Source: Oikopleura dioica (taxonomy: Eukaryota; Animalia; Chordata). From it: a stretch of 64,000 bases of DNA. Below the pieces are notes generated by a model. The model did no database searches. It was given only the letters and a program-made list of their open reading frames with translations, and was not told the origin of the DNA. Within the stretch, counting starts at the first letter, position 1, and each line of letters starts with the position of its first letter. Positions 59,499-64,000 of the stretch are shown piece by piece. The stretch lies in assembly GCA_907165135.1 (NCBI GenBank), contig OU015566.1:2604001-2668000 (forward strand). The letters run 5' to 3'. The position numbers were made by a program, and so were the translations under genes.

Positions 59499-60200
59499 CT
59501 ATTTCGTTGCTCCACTGGCGTATCTAAAACCGAGTTGTTGATTGCAAGCGGCGCAATAATGAGTTGTATCCTAAAATTTCTTAAGAAAAGTACATTTGAA
59601 TATATTTTAACCTTGAGCGATGGGATGCAAAACGCAATCCAGGAGATCGGCCAGACAAAAACAAGAAGGATTATGAAGATCAGAAAAGTGTATCCTCCAA
59701 TGGATTTCTCGATCGACGACATTCCCTTTGAAAAAGATAATAAACACTTGCGAAGTTTCTTTTTACCTGGTAACCGCAAACTGGACATTTGCAGAAAACA
59801 CTATCGTGGCCAAATTCAGGTTGTTTTTCGGGAATCGGAGATCGAGCCGGAGCAGCCTGTGTTGGTTGAGCATTTTGCTGGACATTGATGATCACAGGCT
59901 GCGGAGTTGGTGATGGCGCAGGTTGTGGAGGCAACGGTGATGGGGGAGCTGGAGGTGGCATGATTGGCGATGGTGCTGCTTGAGAATGAAGATATGGATT
60001 CTCCTGGGGAGCTGGAGAATACGCCGGAGGAGGTTCAGAATAACCAGGAGGCATTGCATAAGCAGGCAGTTCCTGTCCATATCCTTTTTGAATAAACGAT
60101 TGCCAAATGATTTATGTGAAGTTTGAATACCTGTGCCAGAAGGGACAGGAATTTCGGCCTCTTCTATTTCGCCAGAATCGGCAGGCGCCACTTTACCCAT
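59499..60200 (-). CDS. LITAF-like: LITAF-domain protein, copy 1
   Basis: Pro-rich N-terminus with PPAY/PPGY motifs; CKCPVCG...hydrophobic segment...KDTTHYCAACNQQLG. Confidence 0.9.
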
Positions 60201-60440
60201 TTTTATGATCTAATTTTTTGAGAGAAAATATTATAAAGACATCATTTGTTCTAGAAGCTGACAATCTTTTATCAAAAATAAATCTTCTCAGCGCAATTCG
60301 ACGCAATGATTTCAACAAACACTGTCTTCAATTATTCTTTATCAATATTTTTATTGAGAAAATATAAAATACCTACTGCTGATCCGAAAATAATACGAAC
60401 AGGAAATCAAAAATATTTCAGTAAGAAGACAGTCTCATAA

Positions 60441-60999
60441 TTAGGCGGCCTTGAAAGCAATTTGCTGTTTGCAAGCGACACAGTAATGTGTGGTATCCTA
60501 GAATATATTTTAAACAATCATTTACATAACATGGGTTAACCTTGAAATTTGGAATCATGAAGGCAATGCAGCAGCATGGACCCATCAAAAGGAAAATGAG
60601 ACAGCAAGCAATCCAAGTCATTGATCCGACTGTTTTATCGATCATCGACATTCCCTTAGAAAAATGAGTATTTTCGAAAAAAAAACGGTTATATTATTAC
60701 CACATGGCCGCAAAATGGACAATTGCAGTAGACAGGATCATGGCCAAATACGGGTTGGGGAACTGGAGCTTGAGTCTGCCATTGGTCTTGGCCCCAAGCC
60801 TGTTCGGGAGCCGTTGAATATCCTGGAAGACCTTCAGAATACCCAGGAGGGGCTGCATACCCGGGCTGCCCCTGATAGTATCCTATGATTGTATTGACTT
60901 GTTAAACTTGTGAACAAAATCAATAATACCTGTGCCAGAAGGAGCAGGAATCTCGGCTTCTTCGTTTACGCCGGCATCAGCAGGCACTACAACCTCCAT
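60441..60999 (-). CDS. LITAF-like: LITAF-domain protein, copy 2 (tandem paralog)
   Basis: MEVVVPADAG...PPGY...CNCPFCGH...GPCCCIAFMIPNFKDTTHYCVACKQQI; same intron positions as copy 1. Confidence 0.9.
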
Positions 61000-61226
61000 T
61001 TTTTCTTACTAATTTTTTTCGAAAGCAAAATCATTTTGGAATTTCTGTGTTCTAGAAACGCTTTTAATTTTTTTTCTTTTCAACTTTACTGACAGAAAAA
61101 TACAGGAAAACAAATTATGTAACATTAATTATGTAACATAATTCTACGACTTTTGGACTATGAGAAAAAACATGTGTATTTTCTATTTTAATTTAACAGA
61201 AAATCATAAAATACAGGCAGAAAATC

Positions 61227-61654
61227 ATGCGCTTCCTTATTTTATCGATATTTTCTGAATACCCTGCACTCGAGATTTCAAATTTACCAATTTGCAACTA
61301 TCACTGCATTGGCGCCATCATCAGAGGAAATCGATCCTGCTCCGATTCGTGGGACAACGATTCGGAAGAGTATCATCTTTTCAAAGAATACTTTCACAAA
61401 TGTACTCAAGAAGGAATTACTTTGCCAGTAGAAGATAGGTGTTGGGAAAATTGCATTGCTCCAGGGATGGAGTACACGGGCGCTGCTGACTGTGAAGATG
61501 GATTTGGGGATGGAGACCAGGATGAAGATATTTTCTTCAAATGTCTCATAGACTTAGCGGTATGTCAAGCAATGATACTTTCAAGAAAGTTTTATGTTCA
61601 TATTTTTAGGTTACGGCTGCCGAATGCCTTGCAAATTGCGATCAGAAAAAATAG
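61227..61654 (+). CDS. Small Cys-rich, probably secreted protein
   Basis: ORF 61227 with CNYHC, CWENC and KCLIDL; short GT-AG intron; last exon VTAAECLANCDQKK*. Confidence 0.65.
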
Positions 61655-61739
61655 ACAATATTGATTCTTCAAAAATTTCTTCAGAGTAACAACACTTTAT
61701 TCAATAAAATCAGGACTCAGAAGTTGTTATCGTCAAGAA

Positions 61740-62035
61740 CATTTATTGCAGATCGGCCCAATCTTCGAGAAGCTGAGAATAATCTGAAAAGTATAAAAAG
61801 AAACGTCTTTTATAAGAGCGTTACCATTTTCGTTGACACTTCGTTTCTTGAAATAATTACTGTTCATGAGCATCGAATAGGGCGAAAACGATCTTCTCAC
61901 TTTAAAAAAACCATAATTTTTTATCAAAAAAAATTGATTCTTACCAGCATCAGGGATTCGAATATCACTGAAATCGGCATAATTCGACCTTGTTCTCGCA
62001 GAAATCGCGGAAACGAGAAAAAGAAGAAGGTTCAT
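61740..62035 (-). CDS. Small secreted hypothetical protein (multi-exon)
   Basis: Signal MNLLLFLVSAISA, a GT donor after ...PDAG and further short exons; joins uncertain. Confidence 0.4.
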
Positions 62036-62490
62036 CCGTGTTTCGGTCCCTTTTTTGGATATTGATATTGACAGAAAAGCATATTAGGGCGGCATTTATA
62101 TGCAAGAAAAAGGGGATTAGGTTCGCTTGATCAAGTGGATAATACACGACGACGGGAATTCGTTATTCTCGTTTGCTCTTACTGTATCTTTTCCCATTGA
62201 TAAGTCACTATTTCGTGAATAGTCAAATAGTTTCGGCTGTCATTTCTACCTGAAAAAACAGCATTGTTTGTTAGTTTTTCGTTAGAAATCATCATTTATT
62301 CTCCAAATGAATCGTTAACGACAACATGCACATGATATTCTCCCTCAAAATCGTCAGAATCAAAGATAGGGATAACCTAATTTACCAATAAAAAAATTAG
62401 ACAAGCTCAAAACTTCCGGTCTAAAAATCACTCCAAGCCTAGATTAATTTCCTCTTCTCTTCTCATTTGAGAGAAAAATTGACAAACACG

Positions 62491-63031
62491 ATGGGTTTTT
62501 ACTACGACAATAACGTATGAGCTCTTCCCCCTTTTACTCTCCTAAGAGATATTTTTAGCAAGGCTTCTACTACGCCGTTCCTGTTGAAGAGCAGGCTCCT
62601 CAGTTCCAGCCGCGATTTGGTGGATTTTCGCCTTACCGACAGGGATTTTACTACGACCAGCAGAGAAAGTCCAAGCAAGGTACACAATAACCATCTTCTT
62701 CCTTGATCCCATCATATTAGGTTTCTACTACGACAGATTCGACGGCGAAACCAGCTTCGCCGCCGCCTGGCAAGAAAACGACGATGCCAAGCGCGCCCTC
62801 GATGCTGCGGAAAAAGAGGCCACCAAGAAGGTCTCAATCTTCGCCGTCAAGAACAAGCACTCGCCAAACCAGGTGCAGAACCGAATCCTCGGAAACATCG
62901 CTGGCGAGCGACTCGCTTATGAAGCTTGTGAGATTTACATGAACGAAACTGCTCCTAATGATCTCTCTGCTGATGAAATCCGAGCCGAAATCTTTGAAGT
63001 TGTCAAGAAGGCCATCACTGCTGATGAATAA
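62491..63031 (+). CDS. Protein with four (Q)GFYY(D) repeats and a helical C-terminal domain
   Basis: Exons 62491-62514, 62559-62679 and 62721-63031 with canonical GT-AG introns; AATAAA at ~63065; not in the ORF track. Confidence 0.85.
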
Positions 63032-63691
63032 GCATCGATTTGATTCATTTGTTTTATATTGTCAATAAACTTATTGAAAACTTGTTTCGAGGGAAAAATA
63101 GATTTGATCGTTCATGAACTTTGTTGTTGAACTTGGCCCTCCTCAAAAACGATTTTCACGCAATCCATCATTCATGTTTTCATCGACGTTTCAGAAATGA
63201 CATTTCGCTTCCCCCGCGTGAAGTCTTTCTTTCGTCAGAAGGTAAATTATTCTGCGTTTCAGGAGTTGAGTATTTACTGCTTTGATGATTGGTATTCCAA
63301 ACTCAAGTTTTCAACAAGAATGTTAGATTTAATACAAGAAATTTTCATCCTTTTTTGATAAATCCGATTTTCTTTTCAAATAAATATTTAATTCGAACTC
63401 TTATTGTCTTGAATGGAAGGTCTTAACAAAAATCCTTCGGGGTTCAAAAGGTTCCCTGAGTTTGAAGGGCCTTTTCTGAAGAATCTACAGATATAAGTGT
63501 TAACCGTCGATGAGCACAAGATCATTACTGATAGGTTGCAATTAACACCCTGTCCCCGAAGAAAATGTTCTGAGCAGTTAGAACAGCGCTGCGTGCCCAA
63601 CACGCCGCATAATCTCCTCTTAGCGATCCTTTCTGACCTTCTACACGTACATTCTTTTATTTCGAAAAAAAAACGGAGAGATTAATCAAAA

Positions 63692-63773
63692 ATGGGTTTA
63701 TTTGGAATTTTTTCGTATTTTGCCAAAATCGACAAGGATGGATCTGGATATCTAGAGCTGAATGAGATTGAAG
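63692..63773 (+). CDS. Exon of an EF-hand Ca2+-binding protein (gene continues beyond the window)
   Basis: MGLFGIFSYFAKIDKDGSGYLELNEIE|gtaag with a canonical EF loop DKDGSGYLELNE. Confidence 0.7.
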
Positions 63774-64000
63774 GTAAGGTTTAAATATATTAGTGAGGAT
63801 GAGGGTCTTCGTAAAGGGTTTCAATGCGATCCCCTCGTTGTTAAATTAAAAAAAAATTCTTATGAAATAAGGGTATCTATTTTATAAATTTTGATAAAAT
63901 CTCTGATGAAATAAGGGTATCTCATTGTTAATTTTTTAAGAATACTTAAAATTATAGTCAAAATTAAGATAACATGCAAAATAATATTTTAAGACCTCGC

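Noticed and set aside
63190-63685. Possible upstream exons or a separate gene before the EF-hand exon
   Set aside because: The segments contain stops in every join I tried; no supportable model.
1-64000. tRNA, rRNA or spliced-leader RNA genes
   Set aside because: No cloverleaf, rRNA-like or SL-exon sequence was recognised by eye; a covariance-model search was not possible.

Overview
Gene-dense eukaryotic DNA with very short introns, several GA-AG introns, ~50-nt intergenic spacing and TTAGGG repeats. These traits point (inference) to an appendicularian tunicate such as Oikopleura dioica. Recognisable genes: AP-1/AP-2 beta-adaptin, a matrin-type zinc-finger protein, a VDR/PXR-like (NR1I) nuclear receptor, a rhodopsin-family GPCR, a KCNQ/Kv7 channel with a nested antisense gene, a ~13 kb ankyrin, two LITAF paralogs, a carbohydrate sulfotransferase with in-frame stops, a GH128-like beta-1,3-glucanase and many secreted lineage-specific proteins. 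Mobile DNA is abundant: a full-length Tc1/mariner-superfamily element (TIRs and TA TSD found), two elements with 8-bp TSDs, four TTAA|GG...CC|TTAA elements and TA-flanked MITEs. Best leads: tandem peptide-precursor-like genes (C-terminus Y/F-I-L) beside a GPCR; an operon-like trio of putative mitochondrial cold-shock/OB-fold paralogs split by a transposon; a DD54D (or intron-containing DD37D) transposase; ankyrin with candidate mutually exclusive ZU5 exons and AKAP-like helices; transposons that duplicate splice acceptors. All gene models were spliced and translated by hand, so minor boundaries may be off.
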